From Camelus dromedarius (Eukaryota), in contig NC_087436.1 of the NCBI RefSeq assembly GCF_036321535.1, positions 109,928,001 to 109,992,000 on the forward strand: DNA of 64,000 nt, written 5' to 3'. The position numbers were made by a program, and so were the translations under genes. Below are positions 62,533-64,000 of the stretch, in pieces. Position 1 is the stretch's first letter; each line of letters begins with the position of its first letter. The notes under the pieces are model-generated. The model was not told the origin of the DNA, ran no database searches, and saw nothing but the letters and a program-made list of their open reading frames with translations.

Positions 62533-64000
62533 ATTTTTCAATGGCTTTATTAAGAGATAATTTGCGTACTACAAAGTTTCCCCATTGTGATTGTACAGTT
62601 CACTGATTGTTAGCAACTTTATAGAGTTATTTAATAATGATCACAATTTAGAACATTTCTATAAACTCCAAAATCTCTCTTGTACCTGTTTACATCTAAT
62701 CCTGACTCTCACTAGCAATGCCATGCATCAGCTGATCTGCTATCAGTCTTTATATAATTTACATTTTCTGGGCTTTTAATAAACATTCACTTATACAATA
62801 GGTAGCCTTTCCTGTCTGGCTTCTCTCACTTTTCATAATGGTTTAAGTTTCTATATCATATTATTGTGTGTACCAGTAGTTCATTTCTTTTACTTGATTA
62901 ATAATGTTTAATATGTATATTATCACATCCTGTCTGTTTATTTACAAGTTGGTGGGAATTCACATTGTTTCCAAATTCTGGCTATTATGAATAATGCTGT
63001 TGTGAACATCTGTATATATGTCATTTGAGGCACATGGGTTGTTTTTTTTTTATCTCTTGGGTATATTATTAAGATTGAAACAACTTGGTCTTATAGGAAA
63101 ATTAAATTTTTAAGAAATTGCCAAATGGTTTTCCAAAGAAGTCAGATTATTTTACATTTCAGTCAGCAATGTATGAAGAATTCGATTTTCCACGTTTTGG
63201 CCGAACATTGGTATTGTATCTCTTTTTGATTGCAGGCATTCTAGTTGGTGTATAGCGATATCTCTTTGTGATTTTATTTCCATCTCTCTAATAGTTAATA
63301 TGGTTGAAGACTTTTCATGTGCTTTATTAGCTTTTGGTAGTAAAATCTTTAGTGAAATGTCTACTCAAAGAATTTGTCCATTTTAATTGTTTTTTTGGTC
63401 TACTTATAATAAATCAAAAGAGTTCTTTATATATTATGGCTACAAATTAATTTGTATGTTTTTCTTTTTTTATTGAGTTATAGTCAGTTTACAATGTTGT
63501 GTCAATTTCTGGTATACAGGACAATTTTTCAGTCACACATGACTATATATATATATTCATTTTCATATTCTTTTTCACCGTGAGCTACTACAAGATCTTG
63601 AATATATTTCCCTGTGCTATACAGTATAATCTTGTTTATTTTATATGTGCCTGTCAGTATCTACAAATCTCGAACTCGCAGTTTATCCCTTCCCACCTCC
63701 CTTCCCCCAGCAATCACAAGTTTGTATTCTATGTCTGTGAGTCGGTACAAGTCTTTTTCAGATGTTTGACATAAATATTTTCTTAGTCTATGGATTTTCT
63801 AAATGATATTTTTGAGGCACAAAACTTTTAATTTTGATAAAATCCAGTGTATTCCTTTTTTTCCCTTATGTTTATCGTCATTTCTTAGAATTTATTGCCC
63901 AACTTTAGGTCACAAAGATTTTGTCCTACATTTGATTTAGAAGATTTATAGTTTTAACTCTCATATATAGGTGTCTGATCAGTTCTGAATTAATTTTTTC
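62533..64000 (-). mobile_element. Old L1 (L1MB/ME-type) 3' UTR and ORF2 C-terminus, running off window end
   Basis: 'ggctttattaagagataattt...caatttagaacatttc', 'ggctattatgaataatgctgttgtgaacat', 'tttacatttcagtcagcaatgtatgaga', 'caaaacttttaattttgataaaatccagt'. Confidence 0.85.
63460..63745 (-). mobile_element. Camelid L1 3' end inserted in older L1
   Basis: 'ttttttattgagttatagtcagtttacaatgttgtgtcaatttctgg...gagctactacaagatcttgaatatatttccctgtgctatacag'. Confidence 0.9.

Overview
AT-rich, repeat-dense mammalian DNA, intergenic or deep-intronic. It is most likely camelid (camel/alpaca/llama), judged from a Vic-1-like tRNA-derived SINE and several camelid-type L1 3' ends. I can support no intact protein-coding gene: the ORF track is mostly chance ORFs plus L1 and pseudogene remnants. 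The one gene-derived feature is a decayed, intronless DDX10 (DEAD-box RNA helicase) processed pseudogene at about 52.2-53.4 kb. It is an internal mRNA fragment lacking the N-terminus, C-terminus, 3' UTR and poly(A) tail. The rest is a layered record of L1 (several ages), L2, MIR, MaLR/ERVL LTRs, hAT and Tigger elements and microsatellites, separated by repeat-poor blocks with transcription-factor motif clusters that may be conserved enhancers. I did not find convincing evidence for a new biological system. The best leads are the tail-less DDX10 retrocopy, an unclassified CpG-retaining LTR-like unit at 2.25-3.1 kb, unusual L1 junctions, and candidate enhancers and micro-exons. Repeat subfamily names and boundaries were assigned by eye from remembered consensus sequences and are approximate.
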